DNA of 64,000 bases from Planctomycetota bacterium (GTDB taxonomy: Bacteria > Planctomycetota > UBA1135 > UBA2386). The DNA is taken from positions 6,432,001 to 6,496,000 of the forward strand of contig OZ245838.1 in assembly GCA_965228735.1 (NCBI GenBank). Direction: 5' to 3'. Of the stretch, positions 1-10,355 are shown piece by piece. The notes under the pieces were generated by a model, which worked only from the letters and a program-made list of their open reading frames with translations, was not told where the DNA came from and did no database searches. Made by a program: the position numbers and the translations under genes. Positions within the stretch are counted from its first letter, which is position 1; each line of letters begins with the position of its first letter.

Positions 1-177
1 ATGTTCGAGAAGCGCGACTGGTCGCAGAAGCGGCCGGACCTCGGCGACGTCGATCCGGGCCGCGTGCGGAACGGCAACTGCAACGTGCTGTTCGCGATCG
101 GCTTCGACGAGCTCAAGGTGCGGTTCGAGTACTGGCACCCCGAGTGGCAAGTGACGGGCATCATCCCGCCCCAGTGA
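1..177 (+). CDS. 3' end of an upstream protein of unknown function (partial)
   Basis: Frame 1 is open from the window edge (MFEKRDWSQK...WHPEWQVTGIIPPQ) to TGA 175-177, with GC-rich third positions. The stop overlaps the GTG start of the next gene (GTGA). Confidence 0.6.
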   Translation: MFEKRDWSQKRPDLGDVDPGRVRNGNCNVLFAIGFDELKVRFEYWHPEWQVTGIIPPQ

Positions 178-1106
178 GCGACGCTGCAGCGACGTCGGCG
201 ACCATGCTCGAGTGCGTTCCCAACTTCTCCGAGGGCCGTGATCCGGCCGTCGTCGACGCGATCGCGGCTGCGATGACCGCGGTCGCCGGGGTCGGCTGTC
301 TGCGATCCGAGCTCGATGCCGACCACCACCGCGCCGTCATCACGATCGCGGGCCCGGCCGACGCGGTGCAGGAGGCGGCGTTCCGCGGCGCGCGCACGGC
401 CGTCGAACGGATCGACCTGCGGCGGCACACCGGCGTGCACAAGCGGATGGGGGCGCTCGACGTCTGCCCGTTCGTGCCGCTCGCCGGTGCGACGATGGCC
501 GACGCGGTCGGCGCCGCGCGGGCGGTCGGCGCCCGCATCGCCGACGAGCTGGCGGTGCCGGTCTTCCTCTACGCCGAGGCCTGCACGCGCGAGCAGCGCC
601 GCAAGCTCGGCAACGTGCGCAACCTGCAGTTCGAGGGCCTGCGCGACCTCGTCGGCCGCGATCCGGATTACGCGCCGGACTTCGGGCCGGCCCGCGTGCA
701 CGAGAGCGCTGGTGCGACCGCGGTCGGTGCCCGGCGCTTCCTCGTGGCCTACAACATCAACCTGCGGAGCAACGATCTGCAGCTCGCGAAGGACATCAGC
801 AAGGCGGTGCGCGAGCAGGGCGGCGGATTGCCCGGCGTGCAGGCCATGGGCTTCTTCCTCGACGGCAAGCAGCTGGCGCAGGTCTCGATGAACCTGCTCG
901 ACTTCGAGCGCACGTCGATCCGCACCGTCTACGATCGCGTCGCTGAGCTCGCGGCCGCGCGCGGCGTCGAGGTCGCGGAGAGCGAACTCATCGGACTCGC
1001 GCCCGCTGCCGCGCTCGATGCCGACCTCGCCGCGCACATCAGACTGCCGGACTTCGATCCCGAGCGGCAGATCGTCGAGCGCCGGCTGGCGGCGCTCGCG
1101 AACTGA
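174..1106 (+). CDS. ftcD: Glutamate formimidoyltransferase (formiminotransferase domain only, no cyclodeaminase)
   Basis: Motifs ECVPNFSEGRD, DADHHR, IDLRRHTGVHKRMGALDVCPFVP, GARRFLVAYNINL, QVSMNL, ESELIGL. Start placed at GTG 174, coupled to the upstream stop. Confidence 0.92.
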   Translation: MSDAAATSATMLECVPNFSEGRDPAVVDAIAAAMTAVAGVGCLRSELDADHHRAVITIAGPADAVQEAAFRGARTAVERIDLRRHTGVHKRMGALDVCPFVPLAGATMADAVGAARAVGARIADELAVPVFLYAEACTREQRRKLGNVRNLQFEGLRDLVGRDPDYAPDFGPARVHESAGATAVGARRFLVAYNINLRSNDLQLAKDISKAVREQGGGLPGVQAMGFFLDGKQLAQVSMNLLDFERTSIRTVYDRVAELAAARGVEVAESELIGLAPAAALDADLAAHIRLPDFDPERQIVERRLAALAN

Positions 1107-1140
1107 GCGTCGCCCCGCGCGGTCTGCCGCCGCGGCGGCG

Positions 1141-2322
1141 CTACATGTCGCTGGAGCCGTCCGCGCCCGTCGGGTCGGTGAGCCGGATCCGGATCCGTTC
1201 TTCGCGCGGGGCGTCGGGCAGGCCCCGGATCAGCGTGACCGCGATCTCGTCGCCGGGCTTGCGGCTCGCGAGCACGCGTGGCAGCTCGCTGAAGCTGCGC
1301 ACCTGGCGGTCGTCGATCTTGACGATCACGTCGCCGTAGCGCTCGATGACGCCGCCGCGGCGACCGTCGCGGACGACGAACGGGCGGATGCCGGCGGCCG
1401 CGGCGCCGAGTCCCTCGACGACCTCGGTCACGATCGCGCCCGACGTATAACCGGTCTCGGGGTCGAGCCGCAGGTTGTCCCACTCGGTGCGGACGCCGAG
1501 CACCGCGGTCGTCGGCCGGTCCTGCAGCAGGCGCGGTACGATCTCGTTCACGGTGTCGACGGGCACGGCGAAGCCGATGCCGGAGTTGGTGCCGCTCGGC
1601 GAGTAGATCGCGGTGGTCACGCCGATGAGGCGGCCGGCCGAGTCGAGCAGCGGGCCGCCGGAGTTGCCCGGGTTGATCGCGGCGTCGACTTGGACGAGCC
1701 CGTGCATGAGCACCGTGCCGCGAGCCTGCTTGGCCTGGATCGTCCGATCGGTCGCGCTCACGATGCCGGTCGTCATCGTCTGGTCGAACCCGAACGGGTT
1801 GCCGATCGCGATCGCCGTCTGGCCGACGCGCAGGTCGCCCGAGCTGCCGAGTTCGATCGGCTGCAGTCCCGCGACGCGGCCGCGCAGCTGCAGCACCGCG
1901 AGGTCGTGGTTGGGGGAGCTGCGCAGCACGTCCGCGCGGTAGTTGCGCCCGGCGACCGTGACCTGCACCTCGCTCGCATTCTCGACGACGTGATGGTTGG
2001 TCACGATCGTGCCGGCGTCGTCCCAGACGAAGCCGCTGCCCGAACCCTGCTGCTCGGCGACCCGCCAGCCGTTGCGCACGACCGACGATGTGTTGATGTG
2101 CGCGACCGACGGCGAGCAGCGGTCGAACACTGCGATGAACGACTCCTCGAGCGGCGCGAGCTCCCCGCGCGGTGCGATCGTGCGTTTGGTGACGATCGGC
2201 GCGGGGTTGAACATCCCGGCGCGGTCGAGCACGAGGTAGGCCGCCAGCGCGAACGCGGCGCCGGCGACGAGCGTCGGCAGCAGACTGCTGCCGCGGCGGG
2301 GGTACTGTTGGTAGGTCGTCAC
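1141..2322 (-). CDS. HtrA/DegP-family (S1C) serine protease with N-terminal membrane anchor and one PDZ domain
   Basis: GSGSGFVWD, TNHHVV (His), DLAVL (Asp), DAAINPGNSGGPL (Ser), C-terminal PDZ (GDVIVKID). GGGAGGA lies just upstream of the GTG start. Confidence 0.92.
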   Translation of the reverse strand: MTTYQQYPRRGSSLLPTLVAGAAFALAAYLVLDRAGMFNPAPIVTKRTIAPRGELAPLEESFIAVFDRCSPSVAHINTSSVVRNGWRVAEQQGSGSGFVWDDAGTIVTNHHVVENASEVQVTVAGRNYRADVLRSSPNHDLAVLQLRGRVAGLQPIELGSSGDLRVGQTAIAIGNPFGFDQTMTTGIVSATDRTIQAKQARGTVLMHGLVQVDAAINPGNSGGPLLDSAGRLIGVTTAIYSPSGTNSGIGFAVPVDTVNEIVPRLLQDRPTTAVLGVRTEWDNLRLDPETGYTSGAIVTEVVEGLGAAAAGIRPFVVRDGRRGGVIERYGDVIVKIDDRQVRSFSELPRVLASRKPGDEIAVTLIRGLPDAPREERIRIRLTDPTGADGSSDM

Positions 2323-2409
2323 GGGTCCTCCCTACGATGAAAACGCAGAATACTCGAACAGGGCGTAGTAGGACGCGACGGCCACCGCGCCAAATCAGGC
2401 CGGGCCAGA

Positions 2410-5229
2410 TCAGGCCGGATCCGGCCAGAGCTGGCGCCATTCGCCGCGGTCGCCGGGTGCGTCGACGCGGCCCTGCAGCATGCGCGCTGCCGCGGGATGC
2501 AGCTTCACGTTCTCGAGCGCCGTCTTGCTGAGCGCCTCGCCGCATGCGTCGGCGATGCCGGCCGGGTCGAGCCCGTGATACGCGTAGACCTGCTTGGGCG
2601 TGCCGGACTTGCTGAACTTGACGACCGCCTTGCTGACCTGCTGCACGCCGACGACCGAACCGAGGTTGTCGAGCAGGCCGATCTCGCCGTCGTGCACGGA
2701 CACGATCGGGACCCGCCGGCCGGCGAGGTCCACGGCGTCGCCCGCGCCGAGCCCGCCGTCGCTCCCGCCCGCCGGTCGCAGGTGCAGGTCGCCGCTGACG
2801 CCGAGGCGCTCCAGCAGGTGGGCGTGCCCGTTCTGCCTGCCGAGTTCGCCGCACAAGAGGTCGGGCGAAGTGACGACGGTGACGTTGGCGTAGACGCCGC
2901 GGTCGAGCAGCTGCTCGGCGGCACCGACGGCCTCGGGCACGAGCGCGCCCATGACGAACAGCTCGACGACGTTCTCGCCGGGCTGATAGCCGCGGTAGCC
3001 GCGCCAGTCGATCAGGCGGTAGCCGCCCGCGAGCGCGTCCTGCTGCAGCTGCGCCATGATCGTCGCATCATCCCGATGGGTGACCTCGGCCTCGTGCATG
3101 CCGCCGTCCTCGGCCGTGAGCCCGAGCTCGACGCCGTCGGGCAGGTCCGTCTTGTTGGCGGCCTGCTTGCGCAGCCACGACAGCAGCATCTTCTGGTCGA
3201 GCGCGCGTGTCACGGCGCGGATGAGCACGCCGCTGCGGCCTTCGTTGTCGCGCTCGAAGTGGCGGCGGATCGCGTCGCACAGGATCCACTCCATCTCGAT
3301 CGCGAACGCCGGCTCCCAGGTGATCAGGTTGGGGATCTGGATGTCGCTCTTCCAGCTGTGCTGCGCACCCTCGGGCGCGAGCGTCACACCGCTCGGCGTG
3401 CCGACGAGGACGAACGAGCTGCGCCAGTAGAGGTTGTAGTAGAGCTGGTCGAGCGCGCGTTTGATGAAGAAGTCGTAGACCGTCATCATCGGCAGGAACG
3501 GGATCCCGGCGACGTGATCCATCTTGCCGAAGCTGCCGAGCGCCGTCATGCAGTTGGCCTCGGCGATCTCGAAGCGGATGTGGCGTGTCCAGGCCTCGTC
3601 CGTCGGCGCGAGCTCGGGGCGCAGGCGCTCGTGCAGATCGAGCTTGTCCTCCCAGTTCTCGTCGTGCTTCGGCCCGAAGATCTTCTCGTCCATCGCCGGG
3701 TTGATGTTGGTCGACGTGCCGACGTCCGGCGCCATCGTCATCATCAGGTCGGCGAGCGGGTTCCAGCGCGCTTCCTCGGCGGTCGGGTTCTTGCCCGCCT
3801 TGTTCTCCTTGCCGGCCTTCGCGAGCTCGTCGTAGACGCCGATGCGCACGAGCTTGGCCGCGAGCTGACCCCACATCCACTGCGTGTGGGTCGTCGGCGC
3901 GAGCTTGAGGTTGATGTCGAGGCTCTCGGGCATGCCGCCCTGCTCCTCGATCTGCGCGACGACGCGCTGCCGGTTGGCCTCGGCCTGCGTCTCGAGCGCC
4001 TCGATGCCGAGCCGCATCGCGAGGCCGCGCTGGGTCGCGTACTTGCCTTCTTCGCTCTCCTGGTCGAAGCGCTGGAACGGGCGCTCCAGCGACAGGCCGT
4101 GCTCTTCGAGGATCGCCTCGACCTCCTTCTCGTCAGGCAGCGCGGAGTGGTTGCCGTTGGCCGCGACACACTCGAGGCCGCGCCCCTTGATCGTGTGGGC
4201 GACGATCAGCGTCGGCGTCTGCTTGTCCTTCTTGCTCTCCTCGAAGGCGTCGACGATCGCCGCGAGGTCGTGACCGCCGGTGTCGAAGAACAGCTCGACG
4301 ATCTCGTCGTCGGACAGCGACTCGACGAGCGCCTTGCAACCCTTGTCGGCCGCCACGGCCGCCTGTCGCATCAGGTCGGCGTCACGCTTCCAGATCAGCG
4401 CCTGGTAGTGGTAGTCGGTGAGCCCGTCCTCGAGCACCCGCTTGAGGGCAGCGCCGCCCTTCTTCTTGAACACCTTCTCCCGGAACGTGCCGTGGCGCAG
4501 CTGGATCACCTGCCAGCCGTTCGCGACCGCCGTGCCTTCGATGCGATCCGCGTCCGTGCCCTTGAGGCCGCGGTTGTTGGGGATGCGCGTGCCGTCGAGG
4601 TTCTGACGGTTGTAGTCGACGATCCACGTGACGTTGCCGAGCTCGCGCTCCGCGACCTCGGGCAGCACCTCGAGCAGCGAGCCCTCGCGGAACTCGCTGT
4701 CGCCCATCATGCACCAGAAGTGCGGCTCGTCGACGTCCCAGCCGTGCTGCCGCGCGTAGCGGTAGGCGAGCGACAGGTAGGCCGCCACCACCGGGGGGAT
4801 GCCCACCGAGCCCGACGGCAGGAAGCGCCAGCCGTCCGGGTCGGCCTCGGCGTGGTAGCTCTGGAACACCGCCTTGCCGTCGTGCGAGAACGAGCGCAGC
4901 CGGTGCATCACGGCTTCGGCCGCTTCGTCGTCGAACCAGTTGCCGTCCGGATGCCGGAACAGGCCCATCGCGTGGTTGAGCGCGTGGTCCGCGGGCGAGG
5001 CGTGCGGCTTGCAGCAGACGAAGTCGCCGGGCTCGCGCACGTGCAGGTGCAGCGCCGCGAGGAAGTCGAGGCTGCTCGCGCACGCGGCGGGGTGGCCGCC
5101 GACCTTGGGGTCGGTCTTGTCGGCGTCCTCGCGGTTGTTCGCGATGTGGATCATCGCGACCATGTGGGCGAACGCGCGCTTCGTGATGCGCTCGATCAGC
5201 GGGAAGTCGGGCTGGCTCGGGGACTTCAT
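2410..5229 (-). CDS. AceE-type (homodimeric) pyruvate/2-oxoacid dehydrogenase E1 component, TPP-dependent
   Basis: KVGGHPAACAS, KPHASP, QSYH, TPP motif GDSE...NRQNLDG, YDFFIKRALDQLYY, GTPSGVTLAPEGAQH. Start moved to ATG 5229 (MKSPSQPDF); the ORF-track extension overlaps another gene. Confidence 0.85.
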   Translation of the reverse strand: MKSPSQPDFPLIERITKRAFAHMVAMIHIANNREDADKTDPKVGGHPAACASSLDFLAALHLHVREPGDFVCCKPHASPADHALNHAMGLFRHPDGNWFDDEAAEAVMHRLRSFSHDGKAVFQSYHAEADPDGWRFLPSGSVGIPPVVAAYLSLAYRYARQHGWDVDEPHFWCMMGDSEFREGSLLEVLPEVAERELGNVTWIVDYNRQNLDGTRIPNNRGLKGTDADRIEGTAVANGWQVIQLRHGTFREKVFKKKGGAALKRVLEDGLTDYHYQALIWKRDADLMRQAAVAADKGCKALVESLSDDEIVELFFDTGGHDLAAIVDAFEESKKDKQTPTLIVAHTIKGRGLECVAANGNHSALPDEKEVEAILEEHGLSLERPFQRFDQESEEGKYATQRGLAMRLGIEALETQAEANRQRVVAQIEEQGGMPESLDINLKLAPTTHTQWMWGQLAAKLVRIGVYDELAKAGKENKAGKNPTAEEARWNPLADLMMTMAPDVGTSTNINPAMDEKIFGPKHDENWEDKLDLHERLRPELAPTDEAWTRHIRFEIAEANCMTALGSFGKMDHVAGIPFLPMMTVYDFFIKRALDQLYYNLYWRSSFVLVGTPSGVTLAPEGAQHSWKSDIQIPNLITWEPAFAIEMEWILCDAIRRHFERDNEGRSGVLIRAVTRALDQKMLLSWLRKQAANKTDLPDGVELGLTAEDGGMHEAEVTHRDDATIMAQLQQDALAGGYRLIDWRGYRGYQPGENVVELFVMGALVPEAVGAAEQLLDRGVYANVTVVTSPDLLCGELGRQNGHAHLLERLGVSGDLHLRPAGGSDGGLGAGDAVDLAGRRVPIVSVHDGEIGLLDNLGSVVGVQQVSKAVVKFSKSGTPKQVYAYHGLDPAGIADACGEALSKTALENVKLHPAAARMLQGRVDAPGDRGEWRQLWPDPA

Positions 5230-5336
5230 GGGGCGAAACACGGTACGGGGAACCGGCGCCGCTCGCCACTCTCGGGGGGCTCTTGGAACGTTTTCCGGGA
5301 CTCCGGCCCGCTCCGCGACCGGGCCCCGGGCCCGGC

Positions 5337-5945
5337 CTATTCGTCGTCGTCGAATCCGGCGTTCTGCAGCGAGCGCTCGAGGTCGCGCGCGAGCCGATTG
5401 CGCGCGGCGCGGGCCAGGCCGGCCAGGAGGAATGGCGGCCACAGGAAGTGTACTGCCTGGACCATCTGAATGACCTGGTAGCGCACCCCCATGTGGTCGT
5501 GGGCGAGCGCGAAACGGGCCAGGACGAAGTACAGCGCGATGATGGCCACGCCGCCCAGTGCCGTGAGCCAGTGCCCGGCAGTGACCAGGCCGCTGCTCGT
5601 CTCCAGCTGGTAGGCGACCACCGTGCGGTCGTCGGTCGGCCGCGATCCGGCGCGCAGCGAGCCCGCGTGCCGCAACCTGCCGCCGCCGCCCTCCCAAACG
5701 AGCGCGTCGGGGTGCGATTCGAGGAGTGCGATTCGGCTCAGCGGCGAGCCGACGACGCCGCGTTGCAGGAGTGCTTTCGCACTCCGAACGATCGTCGCCG
5801 GCGCGGCGTCGACGACGACCTCGCCGGTCGACGGAACGCTCAGCCGGCGCGCCGAGGTCCATACGAACACGGTGCCCGCGAGCCAGAACACGGCGGCGAT
5901 CGCGGCGATCAGGTCGAGCAGGATCGCGGCGGATTCGAAGTCCAT
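5337..5945 (-). CDS. Hypothetical membrane protein (about 3 TM segments)
   Basis: Hydrophobic segments at the N-terminus and two near the C-terminus. TATGCT lies 8 nt upstream of the ATG. Confidence 0.7.
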   Translation of the reverse strand: MDFESAAILLDLIAAIAAVFWLAGTVFVWTSARRLSVPSTGEVVVDAAPATIVRSAKALLQRGVVGSPLSRIALLESHPDALVWEGGGGRLRHAGSLRAGSRPTDDRTVVAYQLETSSGLVTAGHWLTALGGVAIIALYFVLARFALAHDHMGVRYQVIQMVQAVHFLWPPFLLAGLARAARNRLARDLERSLQNAGFDDDE

Positions 5946-6031
5946 GGCAGCGCAGCATACTCAGTGACCGCGATCATGGCAGTCTGCCCGGAGCGGTGAC
6001 CGTCGCGGCGCGGCTTCGTAGAAGCCCCCCG

Positions 6032-6961
6032 ATGCCGACTCCGCTCATTCCCCGGGTCGCGGCCGCCGCGACGCTCTCGCTCCTCGCCGTCGACCTCGTC
6101 GCCCAGCGCGCGACCCCGACCGCGAAGTTCGGCGACTTCTCGACGACGATCTCGCACGGCGTGGTGAAGGTCGGCCAGCACTCGCTCGCGGCGTTGCCGG
6201 TCGGCGGCACGTGGCGCCTCGGCAAGGATCACGCGAGCACGTGGTCGACCGACGTGCCGCTCGTCACGGATGGCGCCGTGATGCCGCCGGGCGAGTATCG
6301 CGTGAGCCTCGAACGGGTCGCCAAGGACCGCTGCGTGCTCGTGGCGAACGGCTCGGGGCACGCGCTCGGTCGCAAGGAGGCCAGCGGCGACTTCCGGCTC
6401 GCGGGCAAGCTCGCGACGCTGCCGCGGCCGAGCAAGAAGCTCGCGATCGACTGGGACCTCCCGAAGCCGCTGCCCAAGGACGCGACGACCGTGAACGCGA
6501 TGCTCTCGGTGCAGTTCGGCGAGGACCAGTGGACGGGTCAGGTCACGCTTCCGGCCGGTTCGACGCAGAAGGTCGGACGGTTCCGCGTGTCGACGTTCGC
6601 GCTCGAGAAGTCGGTGTTCGCGGCGGCCGACAAACCGATTCCGGTGGCCGTCGTCGAGGCCGGCCGCGGCCGCAAGAAGACGTCCTACAACCTCGTGCTG
6701 CAGGGCGATGAGGCCAGGCTCGTGCCGTGGATGGTCGCCCCGACGACGCACTTCGGCTTCGGCGAGATCGTGCCGCCCGACGCCGCGGCCATCACGCGCG
6801 GCACGGTCGAACGCCAGGATCTCGGCGAGGAGCTGCCGGCGGCGACCCTTGGTTTGCGCGACTCGGCGTACGAGAAGGGCAAGCCCGGCGACCTGCGGTT
6901 CACGTTCGCGGTCGGCAAGGAGTTGCTGACCGTGCGCGTGCCGGCGCCCCGCAAGCAGTGA
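6032..6961 (+). CDS. Secreted hypothetical protein with a DUF2911-like N-terminal part
   Basis: Signal-peptide-like N-terminus (MPTPLIPRVAAAATLSLLAVDLVAQ). The segment WRLGKDHAST...MPPGEYRVSL resembles the DUF2911 WRxGAN...PAGxY segment. Confidence 0.55.
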   Translation: MPTPLIPRVAAAATLSLLAVDLVAQRATPTAKFGDFSTTISHGVVKVGQHSLAALPVGGTWRLGKDHASTWSTDVPLVTDGAVMPPGEYRVSLERVAKDRCVLVANGSGHALGRKEASGDFRLAGKLATLPRPSKKLAIDWDLPKPLPKDATTVNAMLSVQFGEDQWTGQVTLPAGSTQKVGRFRVSTFALEKSVFAAADKPIPVAVVEAGRGRKKTSYNLVLQGDEARLVPWMVAPTTHFGFGEIVPPDAAAITRGTVERQDLGEELPAATLGLRDSAYEKGKPGDLRFTFAVGKELLTVRVPAPRKQ

Positions 6962-6962
6962 A

Positions 6963-8177
6963 CTACGCCATGCGCTCGACGTAGGCCTCGATGCGCGCGA
7001 GGAAGTCCTGCGCCAGCGTCGGCCCCTCGAGCGTGCACACGTGCTCGCCGTCCTCGAAGACGGGCGACCGCGGCGCTTCGCCCGTGCCGGGCAGTGAGAT
7101 GCCGATGTGCGCGGCCTTGCTCTCGCCCGGGCCGTTGACGACGCAGCCCATCACGGCAACCTGCAGCCCGGCGGCCTGCGGCTTGGTCTTCTGCCACTCG
7201 GGCATCCGCGCGACGAGGAACTTCTCGACCTCCTGCGACAGCTCCTGGAAGTAGCTCGACGTCGTGCGGCCGCAGCCGGGACACGCGGTGACCTGCGGCA
7301 GGAACGGGCGGATGTCCATCGCCTGCAGGATCTGCTGCGCGGCGCGCACCTCCTGCGTGCGCGGCCCACCGGGTTCCGGCGTGAGCGACACGCGGATCGT
7401 GTCGCCGATGCCCTGTTGCAACAGGATCGCCAGTCCCGCGGCCGAACTCACGAGACCCTTCATGCCCATGCCGGCCTCGGTGAGTCCGAGGTGCAGTGCG
7501 TGGTCCGTGCGATCGGCGAGCGCGCGGTAGACCCGCACGAGCTCCTGCACCTTGCTGATCTTGCAGCTCAGGATGATCTGCTCGCGCGCGAGGCCGAGCT
7601 CCTCGGCCGCGGCCGCCGAGCGCAGCGCGCTCTGCACCATCGCCTCGAGGAATACGGACGTCGCGTCGAGCGGCACCGAGGCCTTGGCGTTCTGCTCCAT
7701 CAGCGAGTCGAGCAGCTCCTGGTCGAGCGAACCGGCGTTCACGCCGATGCGAACGGGCCGATCGTGATCGATCGCGCACTGCACCATCGTCGCGAAGTTC
7801 TTGTCGTGGTTGGCTCCCTTGCCGACGTTGCCCGGGTTGATGCGGTACTTGGCGAGCGCGTCCGCGCACTCCGGGTACTTCCGCAGCAGCACGTGGCCGT
7901 TGTAGTGGAAGTCGCCGATGAGCGGCACGGCACCCGCGCCGAGGTCCGTGAGCCGCTGGCGGATCTCGGGGACGGCCGCGGCGGCTTCCTGCGTGTTGAC
8001 CGTGATCCGGACGATCTCGCTGCCCGCGTGGTAGAGCTCGGCCACCTGCGCGGCGGTCGCCGCCGGATCGGCCGTGTCCGTGTTGGTCATCGACTGGACG
8101 ACGACGGGCGCACAGCCGCCGACCGTGACGTCGCCGACCGCGACCGGGGTCGTCCGTTTGCGTTCTGGCAGGAACAT
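6963..8177 (-). CDS. ispG: (E)-4-hydroxy-3-methylbut-2-enyl-diphosphate synthase (MEP pathway)
   Basis: [78 protein letters not shown]. Confidence 0.97.
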   Translation of the reverse strand: MFLPERKRTTPVAVGDVTVGGCAPVVVQSMTNTDTADPAATAAQVAELYHAGSEIVRITVNTQEAAAAVPEIRQRLTDLGAGAVPLIGDFHYNGHVLLRKYPECADALAKYRINPGNVGKGANHDKNFATMVQCAIDHDRPVRIGVNAGSLDQELLDSLMEQNAKASVPLDATSVFLEAMVQSALRSAAAAEELGLAREQIILSCKISKVQELVRVYRALADRTDHALHLGLTEAGMGMKGLVSSAAGLAILLQQGIGDTIRVSLTPEPGGPRTQEVRAAQQILQAMDIRPFLPQVTACPGCGRTTSSYFQELSQEVEKFLVARMPEWQKTKPQAAGLQVAVMGCVVNGPGESKAAHIGISLPGTGEAPRSPVFEDGEHVCTLEGPTLAQDFLARIEAYVERMA

Positions 8178-8269
8178 GGGGGCGAACAGGATAGCGGCCC
8201 GGCGCCGCGAGTCAGGCCCGGACTTCCCGGTGGCGCGTCTTCCGGGGGCCGCGGATCCCCCGCGGCGCG

Positions 8270-8779
8270 TCAGCCCTGCAACAGCTGCAGGATCCGGCCG
8301 CAGTGGTGGGCGTCGTGCTCGGCGACGAACACGCAGAGATCGAAGAGCCGCATCGGCTGGTCGAGCCGCGGGTGCCGGGCGCTCCTGGCGAACGCCGCCG
8401 CGTCGCAGCCGGCCAGTCGGTCGACCCACGCGCCGCGGGTGCGGGCGAACTCGCCGACCAGATTCGCGAGCGTTCCCGCGTTGTGATCGGCCGCGTGGCT
8501 CTTCGTGTTCTGCAGGTCGGCGGCGGTCAGGGTCTCGGCGCCGCCGAGGATCTCCTCGGTGCGCGTGCTCCACAGCTCCTCGAGATCGAGCAGGTGGCCG
8601 ACGTTCTCCTGGATCGACCAGCGCTCGCCGTCGCGCGCCGTCGCCGTGCCCGGCGCGAGGTCCTGGCAGAACGCGTGGATCTGCAGCGGCGTCGCCATGA
8701 GCCGGGCGAGCACGTCGTGGAAGTTCTCCGGCGCGAGTCCGAACTCGAACCGGCGCTCGAACCAGGGTTGGCGGGTCAT
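8270..8779 (-). CDS. DinB-family protein
   Basis: [17 protein letters not shown] and AEHDAHH metal-binding histidines. Start at ATG 8779 ([11 protein letters not shown]), with TACACT 6 nt upstream. Confidence 0.85.
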   Translation of the reverse strand: MTRQPWFERRFEFGLAPENFHDVLARLMATPLQIHAFCQDLAPGTATARDGERWSIQENVGHLLDLEELWSTRTEEILGGAETLTAADLQNTKSHAADHNAGTLANLVGEFARTRGAWVDRLAGCDAAAFARSARHPRLDQPMRLFDLCVFVAEHDAHHCGRILQLLQG

Positions 8780-8910
8780 GGGGTCAGTGTAGGACCGGAC
8801 GCGACGGCGTCGTTCCCGGTTCTCGGCGCGGGTGGCTGGATCTTCGCCCGGGACGGAAGGGCCCGCGAAATCCATGGTGGCCGTTGGCATGCGGCACTAG
8901 TTTCGCGCCG

Positions 8911-10311
8911 ATGAACTCTGATCGGTTGAAGATTGATCGGGTGAAGGGGGCCGGCCGATCGGCGGTTGTTCAGGTGAGTCTGATCACCGCCTTACTGGCG
9001 CAGGGTAGCGCGCCGGTCGAGCGCTCGGGCGATGTGTTTCGGCTCGTGTTCCACGCGGCCGACCTGCCAGAAGACGTGGCCGCGTCGCTCGCCGACGCCG
9101 CGAGCGCGCGACTGGAGGCGTTCTCCGAGCACGTCCGCAAGTTCTGTGGCGTGCGCGGTCGGGGGGCGCAGACGATCCACCTCTACCGTGACCTCGGAGA
9201 ATACGGAAAGGCGGCGAACGAGGTGCGGGCGCGTCGGTTCCCCGGGTCGGGCTACGTCGATGACGGCGTCGGTCACGTGGTCCTGTTCCCGACTCTGTCG
9301 CCCGAGGTCATTCGCGGCCTCGGTCGGCTCGGCATCGACTTGCCTCAGACGACTCGCAACGCCCTGCTGCGGGTCGCGGCGGAGCTGCAGATCGCGCCCG
9401 CGGTTCCGAAGGCCGACGCCGGCCACTGGATGCTCAACGCGCTCGTGATGGGCGCCGTCGACTCGGCGGTCAATCCGAAACGCGAGCTGGGCGTCGACTT
9501 CGAGTTCGATCTACGGCGGATGGCGATGACGCAGATGCTGGCAGACGGGCATTCGTTGAGCATTGCCGATCTGAAGCGACCGCCGACGGGGCAGCGCGAG
9601 GAGAACGACTGGATCTGGCGGAATCACTACGCCGCGCTCGTAGCGGCGGTGTGCGAGGACAAGTCCTCGCGCTGGGCGCGGCGCTTCCTGCGATACAAGT
9701 TCAAGCCGCCGCGCGGTGGTCACGATCTGACTCAGCACTTTCGCCATGGCGCTCTCGAGGCCGTGCTCGGTCGCGACATGGCGAAGGCGGAGTTGCGACT
9801 CGGTGAGGTGCTGGCGCGGCCGGGCCCCACGTGGCAGGCGTCCATGCCGTTCGCTGAGCAGCACGGTAGCAAGTGGATCCTGGCGGGGGGCGGCGAGAAC
9901 GGGCTGGCGTTCGTCCGGAGTGTCGCGGAGTTGCCCGAACTCGACTACTTCATCGCGGGGCGCTTCGAGCTCGGTGCCGGCGTGAAGAATCAGGTCCAGG
10001 TCACGTTCGGCTACGACGGCAAGACCACGATGGCGGTTCTGATGTCGGCAGGTGGCGTCCGGGTCAGCGAGTTCGGGCACGAGAGCGGGAAGTGGCGCCG
10101 GCTCGCCGCCGGCGTCGCGCCGATCGAAGACGGGGAGCCGTTCGATCTCCGGATCGAGCTCGATCGTCGCGAGCTCCGGGTCCTGGTCGGCGGCGACATC
10201 GTGTGCCGGTGGCGGCGCACGGCGCGGGCGATGCACGGCCTCGTGTCGATCGGAGCGCAGGAACGCATCGTCATCGTCGAGGATCTGCAGTTCGGCAAGC
10301 TCGGCCAGTGA
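8911..10311 (+). CDS. Hypothetical protein with a C-terminal beta-sandwich (concanavalin A-like) domain
   Basis: Long ORF with normal protein composition. The C-terminal beta-rich segment reads FDLRIELDRRELRVLVGGDIV...HGLVSIG...IVEDLQF. Start uncertain. Confidence 0.6.
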   Translation: MNSDRLKIDRVKGAGRSAVVQVSLITALLAQGSAPVERSGDVFRLVFHAADLPEDVAASLADAASARLEAFSEHVRKFCGVRGRGAQTIHLYRDLGEYGKAANEVRARRFPGSGYVDDGVGHVVLFPTLSPEVIRGLGRLGIDLPQTTRNALLRVAAELQIAPAVPKADAGHWMLNALVMGAVDSAVNPKRELGVDFEFDLRRMAMTQMLADGHSLSIADLKRPPTGQREENDWIWRNHYAALVAAVCEDKSSRWARRFLRYKFKPPRGGHDLTQHFRHGALEAVLGRDMAKAELRLGEVLARPGPTWQASMPFAEQHGSKWILAGGGENGLAFVRSVAELPELDYFIAGRFELGAGVKNQVQVTFGYDGKTTMAVLMSAGGVRVSEFGHESGKWRRLAAGVAPIEDGEPFDLRIELDRRELRVLVGGDIVCRWRRTARAMHGLVSIGAQERIVIVEDLQFGKLGQ

Positions 10312-10355
10312 GACAAGCGTGAACCGCGGCTGGCGGGTTCGGTATGGTCGCGGCG

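Noticed and set aside
174..1106. ftcD as marker of a histidine-utilisation cluster
   Set aside because: No hut genes lie in the window, and stand-alone formiminotransferases are common.
2390..2432. 15-bp near-duplication (CCAAATCAGGCCGGG / CCAGATCAGGCCGGA) at the E1 stop codon
   Set aside because: Too short and local; most likely a slippage duplication with no evidence of an insertion site.
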